The translations under genes were made by a program, and so were the position numbers. Below, in pieces: positions 45,926 to 53,519 of a stretch of DNA of 55,445 bases. The notes beneath the pieces were generated by a model that made no database searches, was not told where the DNA came from, and worked only from the letters and a program-made list of their open reading frames with translations. This DNA comes from a virus (Duplodnaviria; Caudoviricetes). How positions within the stretch are numbered: the first letter of the stretch is position 1; the number at the start of each line of letters is the position of its first letter. The DNA lies in the IMG/VR virus record IMGVR_UViG_3300043654_000004, positions 1-55,445 of that record. One strand, written 5' to 3'.

Positions 45926-46240
45926 ATGCTGGCCAAACTGATAGCAGTATTTAAGCCATTAGGCGGACATTTTAAAGAAGCGCTATCAGAGAACGGACGC
46001 GGTTCTTTTTCTCGATATGCTTGCGCTTTCATTATTATCAATTCCGTAGCTTGGGTTTGGTATATGTTATTGAAAACGCATGGCTTACCTGATATGACGA
46101 GTATGTCTTATTTTGTTCCAGCAACTCTTGGTACATTGTATGGTGCTAACCAGATCAAAAACGTCGTTGGCGCTTGGAAAGGAAATCCAGATCAAGACGA
46201 CAAGGATAAGACAATTGTAAAAATTGAAAATAACGCTTGA
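45926..46240 (+). CDS. Putative holin-like membrane protein
   Basis: LSENGRGSFSR followed by two hydrophobic helices and a charged C-terminus. Confidence 0.55.
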   Translation: MLAKLIAVFKPLGGHFKEALSENGRGSFSRYACAFIIINSVAWVWYMLLKTHGLPDMTSMSYFVPATLGTLYGANQIKNVVGAWKGNPDQDDKDKTIVKIENNA

Positions 46241-46265
46241 CAGAAATAATAGCTTTTGTTAATAT
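46237..46265 (+). promoter_or_regulatory. Sigma70-type promoter
   Basis: TTGACA, 17 nt, TAATAT with TGn; same design as 45015. Confidence 0.75.
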
Positions 46266-46342
46266 AAGAATGTGCTGGATTTTCTATAAAAGCCGTACAA
46301 CACTACGGTTGAGCAGCACCAATATTTAAGAGAAGGAGCCTA

Positions 46343-47608
46343 ATGTCTGTTACGAAAGCCGAATTAATAGCAAATCTTCAAGACGCAGCAAAGAAGACCG
46401 AAGTAGTCACTAGAGACTTTTATCGTGGACTTTATGGGCCAGATAAGACTTGGCAAAAGCATTTTTCCACATTTGAAGATTTTTGTTCGGCTGCAAATGT
46501 TAATCAGCCTTCCCCTGTGAGTGAAATTAACGGTAGTTCTTGGAATGTTTTTATACCAAGTACAACATTATGTACGGCAGATGATGTAATCAAATATTGT
46601 AAGGTTGATCTTTCAGTTTGGGAACTTGACCGTTTTCGGGCAAAAGATGTTTCTAAAGATGGAGAACTGAAGTTCCAGATTTCAGCGTTCTTTCATAAGC
46701 GTAAAAATATTTTAGCGATTCAGAAAGAGATTCAAGCATTAAAGAATTTGGCTGAAAGTCAATCTATCGAACCTGATGAAGAATATGATTATTCGTCCAA
46801 CTCAAGCAACATGCTTGAGGTTAATATTCCTGATGTTCACTTCGGCAAGTTAGCTTGGCCAGATGAGACGGGATATGAGCCTTACGACATTAAGATTGCT
46901 TCAGCGATGTATCAGCGGGCCGTTCGAGCGCTTATTGACCGGACTAAAGGAACGAAGTACGAACAAGTTCTTTATGTCATAGGGAATGACATGCTAAACG
47001 CTGACGATCTTGAAGGGCGAACGACATCAGGAACGCAAGTTACAAACGACGCTCGATATCATAAAGTCTTTAGTGTAGTCAGAACTACGGTAATTTGGGC
47101 CATAGAAGAATTGAGAAAGATTGCTCCAGTTAAAGTCGTAGTCGTGAGTGGAAACCACGACGTTTTGAGCAGTTGGCACGTTGGTGACTCTATTCAGTGT
47201 TATTTCCATGCCTATAAGGATGTAATCGTTGATAATAGTCCTAGACAACGTAAATATCATGAATTCGGCAATGTCCTTCTGGGATTTACTCATGGCGACA
47301 AGGGAACATTAGATGACTACCCGCTTTTGATGGCGACGGAGCAGTCCGTTGCATTTGGTCGCACTAAATTCCGGGAAATGCATACAGGTCATTTGCACAA
47401 AACTAAGTTAGACGAAAAGCATGGAGTTCGGGTTAGAATATTGCCTGCTTTGACCCCCGCTGACGATTGGCACTCCGAAAACACTTATGTGGGCAACTTA
47501 CGTAATGCAGAAGCTTATACTTGGAATAAGCGCGAAGGTTTAACAAGCATAACTATTTTTAATGATAATTCTCAAAGCCCCTTAATTAGTGAGGTTGTAT
47601 TAAAGTGA
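46343..47608 (+). CDS. Calcineurin-like metallophosphoesterase
   Basis: PDVHFG, GND, SGNHD, THGD, GHLH motifs. Confidence 0.9.
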   Translation: MSVTKAELIANLQDAAKKTEVVTRDFYRGLYGPDKTWQKHFSTFEDFCSAANVNQPSPVSEINGSSWNVFIPSTTLCTADDVIKYCKVDLSVWELDRFRAKDVSKDGELKFQISAFFHKRKNILAIQKEIQALKNLAESQSIEPDEEYDYSSNSSNMLEVNIPDVHFGKLAWPDETGYEPYDIKIASAMYQRAVRALIDRTKGTKYEQVLYVIGNDMLNADDLEGRTTSGTQVTNDARYHKVFSVVRTTVIWAIEELRKIAPVKVVVVSGNHDVLSSWHVGDSIQCYFHAYKDVIVDNSPRQRKYHEFGNVLLGFTHGDKGTLDDYPLLMATEQSVAFGRTKFREMHTGHLHKTKLDEKHGVRVRILPALTPADDWHSENTYVGNLRNAEAYTWNKREGLTSITIFNDNSQSPLISEVVLK

Positions 47609-47988
47609 GAGTTTTTAAAACTCATTGTAATCGAGGGCATGAAAGAACACTTGACAATCTGTATGAAAATGGAACTTGTAAAAAATGTGCTTGTTTGCGA
47701 CAGCCAGAGAAAATTGCACGCATTCTAGCAAAACAAAAGGCAAATCCAGAAGCGCACGCTAAGCGAGTCAATGATTGGGCGAAAACAGAAAGTGGTCGGC
47801 GTAGTGTACGAAGTACACAGCTAAAGTATAAATATGGATTAACATTAGACGGATACGAGAAATTGCTAAATGGTCAGATGCGTCAATTGCTGTGTGTCGA
47901 TTGTAATTTCGGTCTTGGTCAGTTTAAGGATAGTATAGAGATTTTAAAGAAAGCGGTTGACTATTTAGCTAAACATCAATTACAATAA
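47605..47988 (+). pseudogene. Endonuclease VII-type homing endonuclease with in-frame deletion of the catalytic core
   Basis: HCNRGHE...KYGLT..LLNGQ joined directly to RQLLCVDCNFGLG; the CxxC and DHxH segments are missing. Confidence 0.7.
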
Positions 47989-48009
47989 ATTAATTTCTGA
48001 GGAGGAATT

Positions 48010-48246
48010 ATGAACGAGAACGACGAGAATCTACCAGAACATGCAATTAAACTCGACGGGACTATGGGAATCGGGGAAACATCCCTTTTGACCATAATTG
48101 TTAAGAATGAGCTTGAGGGCGGAAATACAGAAACAACTTATCAATTTCCGTTTGCTCTTGTTAACTTCAATTCGCTTAATGTCGCCTTGGCTTATAAATT
48201 TATTATGGGTTATAGGATTGAGCGCCAAGACAAGGTGTCTCAATGA
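48010..48246 (+). CDS. Hypothetical protein
   Basis: SD GAGGAGG. Confidence 0.7.
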   Translation: MNENDENLPEHAIKLDGTMGIGETSLLTIIVKNELEGGNTETTYQFPFALVNFNSLNVALAYKFIMGYRIERQDKVSQ

Positions 48247-48638
48247 AAGTCTATTTAGCGGCGAGTTTTAGTCGCAAGAATGAGATTGTCGATAAGTCAA
48301 AACAATTGTCAGATATCGGAATTGGTGTTACTTCAACTTGGCCTTGGGAAGAGGCTGCGCCGAATTCATCTTTAGCTGATGTTGGTGATGAATATCTTAT
48401 TTTTAATGGACTTAAAGATATCGCTGACATCGACGCAGCTGATGGAGTGATTTTATTTACACAGGACCCTACAACTTCATTCTTACGAGGCGGGCGAATG
48501 CATGAATTCGGGTATGCTCACGGTAAAGGTAAACGTCTAATTGTTTGCGGACCAAAAGAGAATATTTTTCATTATCTTCCATGTGTAGAGATGTTTTCTA
48601 CGTGGGAAGAATTGTTAGAGTATTTTGTTACACAATAA
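48243..48638 (+). CDS. Nucleoside 2-deoxyribosyltransferase-like N-glycosidase fold protein
   Basis: MKVYLAA, DIDAADGVI, GGRMHEFGYA, GPKENIFH. Confidence 0.8.
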   Translation: MKVYLAASFSRKNEIVDKSKQLSDIGIGVTSTWPWEEAAPNSSLADVGDEYLIFNGLKDIADIDAADGVILFTQDPTTSFLRGGRMHEFGYAHGKGKRLIVCGPKENIFHYLPCVEMFSTWEELLEYFVTQ

Positions 48639-48647
48639 TTAGGAGGA

Positions 48648-49007
48648 TTGGTGTCAGACCCGAAGCTTGGCATTGGCGGCGCTCCTACTCGTGCAACTAC
48701 GCTTCCCGAAGAAGCGAAAGAGCGGAAACAATATCCGGTCGCATCTGGCGTACTTGATTATTTCCCAGACGCGCTAGTTGCCATTTCTCATATTTCTTAT
48801 ATTGGCAATGAACAACACAATCCCGGCCAACCTTTACATTGGTCACGTGGAAAATCTTCTGATGAATCTGATACTATGTTACGCCATTTTTTACAACGCG
48901 GAACATTAGATACAGATGGTGTCCGTCATTCAGCAAAAATGGCTTGGCGAGCACTTGCACTGCTACAAAAAGAAATCGAAGCAGAATCTACAAAGATTTC
49001 GGGCTAG
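48648..49007 (+). CDS. DUF5664-type dATP/dGTP diphosphohydrolase-like protein
   Basis: YFPDALVAIS...GNEQH...W...RH...DTDGVRHSAKMAWRALALL. Confidence 0.75.
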   Translation: MVSDPKLGIGGAPTRATTLPEEAKERKQYPVASGVLDYFPDALVAISHISYIGNEQHNPGQPLHWSRGKSSDESDTMLRHFLQRGTLDTDGVRHSAKMAWRALALLQKEIEAESTKISG

Positions 49008-49108
49008 CCTAGGTCCGCCCGAAAGAGCGTCCGGCAGCGTGGATCATTCCGCTTGTTCCGCTCATATCCGAGTACAGGCCGGGACTACTCGGTTTACATT
49101 GGAGATAC

Positions 49109-49495
49109 ATGATTATTGCACTTGCTGGCACATATACACTATACGAGACGATTAAGTTTTGGTTGCCGTTAGTAACCGTAGGCGGCATTGTCATAAAAGC
49201 CTATCTTTCTGCCAAGAAAGGAATTGGCGAATGGGCGCATTCTTTACTTACAAATCACCTTTCACATATTGAACAAGCCACAGTAAGTACAAAAGAAGAG
49301 ACTGTACGCACGAATCAAATTCTGGCCGACTCGGGCAAACATTACGAAACAGTCGTAAATAAACTTGATACGGCGTTTGAGACGATTAACGCGCATCAAG
49401 AACGGCAAATGGCCGTTTGGGACGGAGTAACTAAGACGCTAGCCATTCTTGAAGATCGATCTAATCGGCCACGTATCCGGGCAAGGAAAGCATAA
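49109..49495 (+). CDS. Membrane-anchored coiled-coil protein
   Basis: N-terminal hydrophobic helix; NHLSHIE motif. Confidence 0.65.
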   Translation: MIIALAGTYTLYETIKFWLPLVTVGGIVIKAYLSAKKGIGEWAHSLLTNHLSHIEQATVSTKEETVRTNQILADSGKHYETVVNKLDTAFETINAHQERQMAVWDGVTKTLAILEDRSNRPRIRARKA

Positions 49496-49786
49496 ATGCA
49501 AAGATCAAAAGTAAAGATTGAATCGAATAACGATCAAGTTCATACTCAGCTTCAAGGAATGGCAACGAAGGAACACGATACGATTGTATCTCGTACAACG
49601 GGTCGGACGCATGAGATACAATTAGGCCCGCAAGGAGGCGGTAAGGTTCCAAAGAATCCATTTGCTTCGTTGGCCCAAGCTGGCTATATGCATAGCCATC
49701 CCGAGATTCTTGGAAAGGCAGGATTGAAAGAATGGGATGCCGCAACAAAGGGAAAGCATCTGCCTAAACATGTAAAGGGGAAGTAA
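49496..49786 (+). CDS. Small basic hypothetical protein
   Basis: PFASLAQAGYMH...KEWDAATKGKHLP. Confidence 0.65.
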   Translation: MQRSKVKIESNNDQVHTQLQGMATKEHDTIVSRTTGRTHEIQLGPQGGGKVPKNPFASLAQAGYMHSHPEILGKAGLKEWDAATKGKHLPKHVKGK

Positions 49787-50055
49787 TGGCCGACGACATT
49801 GTACTTGGGGCAAAACAATTCCCTAATCCAAACAACATAAAACCAAAGTGGGATACCGAGCCTAGATCGGTAGATGAACCCGTAGGCGCAAAGATGAGTA
49901 TTGAAAATGCGCCAGCTGACCCAGAAAAAGCTAATGGGCTTCTTCCGAAAGAACATCCCTTAGAGGAACATTTTAGAAAACCCTCTGGAGTGCGACATCC
50001 GCTCGGGCAAGGCGTTCCAAAGAATCATCCAGCAATAAAAATTTCAAACAATTAA
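49786..50055 (+). CDS. Hypothetical protein
   Basis: TAATG overlap with SD. Confidence 0.65.
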   Translation: MADDIVLGAKQFPNPNNIKPKWDTEPRSVDEPVGAKMSIENAPADPEKANGLLPKEHPLEEHFRKPSGVRHPLGQGVPKNHPAIKISNN

Positions 50056-50137
50056 GATTTTGTTTCACGCTGAACAGAGGGGCCTTCGGGCGCAGCGTCA
50101 GCTAGTAATGCTCTGGTCCGAGCTAGCTTGGAGTAGT

Positions 50138-50512
50138 ATGTTTAATTTTCTTCGTAGAACTTCGCTTTATATCGTTGCAATTCCTCTACTATTTACATTT
50201 TTAGGCGCTGCATCCAATCAATTAGTATTAATAGCTAATCATGATACGTTTCCTGTCATGGTTAATTCGACTAAACTTGCTGCATTTCAAGCAGGTAACT
50301 CGGGAGATGGGCCACTTCTTGCTCCGGGAATGCTTGACGACACACACTGTATCATGACTAAAGATACCCATCTTAACTTCCTTGCTGATATTTTTGATTT
50401 TGAAGACGGTGTTTATAGTATTGGCGACCTTAGTAGTGAATTAGGTGCAGCAATTTGGCCGTATTCAATTTTTATTTGGGCTTTTGCAGTAATTCGTAAA
50501 TTACAAGGATAA
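50138..50512 (+). CDS. DUF5317-like membrane protein
   Basis: GAASNQLVLIAN...PV, T.LNFLADIF, SIGD motifs; ATG after GGAG. Confidence 0.7.
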   Translation: MFNFLRRTSLYIVAIPLLFTFLGAASNQLVLIANHDTFPVMVNSTKLAAFQAGNSGDGPLLAPGMLDDTHCIMTKDTHLNFLADIFDFEDGVYSIGDLSSELGAAIWPYSIFIWAFAVIRKLQG

Positions 50513-50523
50513 ACAGGAGTAAT

Positions 50524-51300
50524 ATGTCATTAATTCAATTAGGTGCGGGTAATACACCTATACAAACATTTGTGAGTTGGAAAGACCCAGATGGTGATCC
50601 ACTTATCTCTATTAATAGAGATGGAACTGTTACGACTCAGGGTGTAACTTATGGTGATGGAACTAAACAGACGACAGCTTCGTCTGGCGGAGGCTCGCCT
50701 AATTTGACAGCGTTGGCAGGTTTCTGGACGCCTGTTGGAGATACGGGCATTCTTCCTTTATTTGGTTCGCCTTCGGCTGCTGCAACTATTACTTTAACCA
50801 CTATGGGCATTAGTACTGCGGGTACGGTTTATTGTTTTATGTTTGAAACTACTCAAAGTCGTACAATCGGTCATGTTGTTCTTGGAGTTGATAACTCTCA
50901 AGCCGCTACCCATATCAATGTAGGAATTGCTAATTCGTCTGGCACATTACTCTTCGACGCAGGGGCAATTTCTACAGCATCTCCAGTCGTTGTTAGTACA
51001 TCGTTGACTTCTTCTATCATTCTCCCTGCTGGAGTTTATTATTTACTATTATCGCCGGATACTAGTAGTGAAACAGTAAAATTGACTCAATCATTTTTTG
51101 GATTTTCTACACAAGGATTGACTATGCAGACTATGCTTAATACTAATGCAAATCGCATAGGAATTGCAGCTAACGTTTGTAGCGGTTCTGGAGCAACCCA
51201 AGCGCTACCTTCGACATTAGGGGTCATTACAGCAAACAATACGCTTGGCAATGCAGGAACTGGTACGGCGGCACTTCCAATGATATTTTTTGAGCCATAA
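50524..51300 (+). CDS. Tail-fibre-like protein
   Basis: GVTYGDGTKQTTA fibre motif; beta-sandwich C-terminus (LPAGVYYL). Confidence 0.65.
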   Translation: MSLIQLGAGNTPIQTFVSWKDPDGDPLISINRDGTVTTQGVTYGDGTKQTTASSGGGSPNLTALAGFWTPVGDTGILPLFGSPSAAATITLTTMGISTAGTVYCFMFETTQSRTIGHVVLGVDNSQAATHINVGIANSSGTLLFDAGAISTASPVVVSTSLTSSIILPAGVYYLLLSPDTSSETVKLTQSFFGFSTQGLTMQTMLNTNANRIGIAANVCSGSGATQALPSTLGVITANNTLGNAGTGTAALPMIFFEP

Positions 51301-51316
51301 TTGATTTAGGAGGAGT

Positions 51317-52027
51317 ATGTTACAAATTAGCAATTACATAAAATCGCATGAAAAGTTATTGATATTTATTCTCGCTTTTGTTCTTATCTATTTAGCAATT
51401 GGTCAAATTGAGGCTATAATCGCTAAACATGACAAGGCTAATTTGACGGCTCAACAAGCAGTTCTTCAGTCTCAAGTTGAGAAAAATAACGCGCTAGCCA
51501 TACAAGTACAGCAACAAACGGCCCTTTATCAAGCTCTTGCAGACAAAGTAAGTCAACAGAACACAGCCCTAGAACAAGCGAATATCGCTCTTGTCTCTGC
51601 TTTGACGAAACAACAGAAGACAGATTCGACAATGACGCCTTCGGAGTTGACCCAACGTTGGCGTGATCTTGTTCCGATGGCTAGCCCTTCGCTTACAGCG
51701 AATGGCGTAACGTTAGATGATGCAAGCGCGGTCGCAACAGTTCAGCAGCTTGAACTTATCCCGGTACAACAACAAGAAATTACATCTCTACAGACTGAAT
51801 TAAAGGGCGACCATGATGTAATTTCCGCAGCAAATGCGGAAATCAGCACACAAAAGTTGCGTATAGACGGGTTAAACTTACAGATTATAGATGAAACAAA
51901 AGTATGTTCTGCCCAAGTTGCTACAGTTAAAGCGGAAGCCGCCAAAAGTAAACGGCGTTGGTTTATAGCAGGTTTCACGGCGGGTTTTGTTGTCAAAGTC
52001 GCTTCAAAAATATTAGGAAAATTTTAA
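51317..52027 (+). CDS. Membrane-anchored coiled-coil protein, spanin-like
   Basis: N-terminal TM helix, long coiled coil, C-terminal KRRWFIAGF amphipathic end. Confidence 0.55.
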   Translation: MLQISNYIKSHEKLLIFILAFVLIYLAIGQIEAIIAKHDKANLTAQQAVLQSQVEKNNALAIQVQQQTALYQALADKVSQQNTALEQANIALVSALTKQQKTDSTMTPSELTQRWRDLVPMASPSLTANGVTLDDASAVATVQQLELIPVQQQEITSLQTELKGDHDVISAANAEISTQKLRIDGLNLQIIDETKVCSAQVATVKAEAAKSKRRWFIAGFTAGFVVKVASKILGKF

Positions 52028-52038
52028 AGGAGATTATT

Positions 52039-52515
52039 TTGCCCGAAGGACTCGTAAGAAGCGGGGACTATCGTTCTGGAACGCCCATCGTTATACCACA
52101 CCAATACGGTACTCCAGTCAATGTTCCTGAACCGCAAGGAAACGTCAATCCACAGTCGAATACGACACTGAATTCAAATCCTGTGACTTGGACACCCACC
52201 CCTTCACATTTCGGAGATGGTGTAGGATTTAGCCTTCAAGCAGTTCCGCCTATTATCATAGTTGCCCGAAGTACGACAGGTAATACAGCGATTAATGTAA
52301 CAGAGTTAGGCGGATTTTCTGGAAGTGTGACATTGACATATTCTGGTGCTCCAACAGGAACGACAGTCGCTTTTGCGCCGCCTTCTACAAGTACAACATC
52401 AACAGCTACGGCTACCGTAGGGGCGGGTACAGTTGTAGGTAAATATACGATTACAGTTACTGGAACTTCAGGAACAGAAGTTGAGAATACGAATATTCAT
52501 CTTGTTGTAATTTAG
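52039..52515 (+). CDS. Ig-like domain virion protein
   Basis: TTG after AAGGAG; GFSGSVTLT..GAPTG...GKYTITVTGTSG. Confidence 0.7.
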   Translation: MPEGLVRSGDYRSGTPIVIPHQYGTPVNVPEPQGNVNPQSNTTLNSNPVTWTPTPSHFGDGVGFSLQAVPPIIIVARSTTGNTAINVTELGGFSGSVTLTYSGAPTGTTVAFAPPSTSTTSTATATVGAGTVVGKYTITVTGTSGTEVENTNIHLVVI

Positions 52516-52523
52516 GAGGAGAT

Positions 52524-52910
52524 ATGTGGATTTTTGAAAGTTCAACTGGTAAATTATACGATCCATTAGGCAATATTGCCGGGAATGGATATGCAGGCGG
52601 AGATTGCGGTCTTCATCCTGAAGGAATTAATAATCCAAATTTACAAGATCAACATAATATAGGCCCAACTCCTGAAGGGTTGTATACAATAGGAACGCCC
52701 GTTGAAGGTACACATCTCGGCCCCTTTGCGATGCCATTGACTCCTGATGCTAATAATAACATGTTTGGACGGTCGGGCTTTTATATGCATGGAGATACTA
52801 ACCCAAGCGGCCATGCTTCAGACGGTTGTATTATTATGCCTAGAACAGTGCGTAATGCAGTTTGGGCAAGTTCAGATCATAGATTACAAGTTATTGCGGT
52901 CAAATCTTAG
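52524..52910 (+). CDS. Tlde1/DUF2778 L,D-transpeptidase-fold peptidoglycan enzyme; candidate endolysin
   Basis: GYAG, GPTPEGLYTIG, GRSGFYMHGD, ASDGCII motifs. Confidence 0.82.
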   Translation: MWIFESSTGKLYDPLGNIAGNGYAGGDCGLHPEGINNPNLQDQHNIGPTPEGLYTIGTPVEGTHLGPFAMPLTPDANNNMFGRSGFYMHGDTNPSGHASDGCIIMPRTVRNAVWASSDHRLQVIAVKS

Positions 52911-52917
52911 GAGGATT

Positions 52918-53193
52918 GTGTTAATTATATTGTGTACACTAGCGAATGTCATTTTATTGGCCGGATCAATACAAACTTATCGTGTTGTGCGAAATCAAGT
53001 AAAAACGGCTGAAGCTCACGCTAATAATTCAGCTAATGCCGCAGACGCTGCGAATAGTCATGCTTATTATGCTCAAGAACAAGCAGTTCAAGCCGAGGAG
53101 TACAGTAAAGAAACACAACACTTTGCTGGTGTTCGGTTAGTCGCGCCTACAAATTTTTCTGGCGAAGGAAGTAATATCGGAAAGAAGCGTTAA
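52918..53193 (+). CDS. Small membrane-anchored Ala-rich protein
   Basis: GTG after AGGAGG; N-terminal hydrophobic helix. Confidence 0.6.
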   Translation: MLIILCTLANVILLAGSIQTYRVVRNQVKTAEAHANNSANAADAANSHAYYAQEQAVQAEEYSKETQHFAGVRLVAPTNFSGEGSNIGKKR

Positions 53194-53510
53194 TGAATAC
53201 AAGCCCACGTCAACAATATCCCGGAAGTACCGAAGCAAGTTGGCATCCTGTGACACTAACAGCGGGTACGAACCTTGGCATATCCGGGCTACCGACTTAT
53301 CAGGTCAAAGTCTATGCCATCGTTCTTTCAGCCGCAGCCTCAGTAAATATCACACTCCTTGACGGCGCAAATCCGTTTACCGGAGCAATGCCAACGACCG
53401 CATTCGCTTTTGATACAGAAGACAAACCTTTCATCTGTTCGGTCGGCAATAATTTTAATATTCAATCTACAGGAAATGCAGCAGGGGCGATTTTTGCGAG
53501 CATTAATTAG
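53193..53510 (+). CDS. Small beta-rich virion protein
   Basis: TAATG overlap; composition. Confidence 0.65.
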   Translation: MNTSPRQQYPGSTEASWHPVTLTAGTNLGISGLPTYQVKVYAIVLSAAASVNITLLDGANPFTGAMPTTAFAFDTEDKPFICSVGNNFNIQSTGNAAGAIFASIN

Positions 53511-53519
53511 GGAGTCATT

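Noticed and set aside
50067-50130. Twister ribozyme call (TAATG, GGTCC and GAGGG words)
   Set aside because: Connectivity of P1 to the UAA site and the L4 consensus do not fit; kept only as a generic structured RNA
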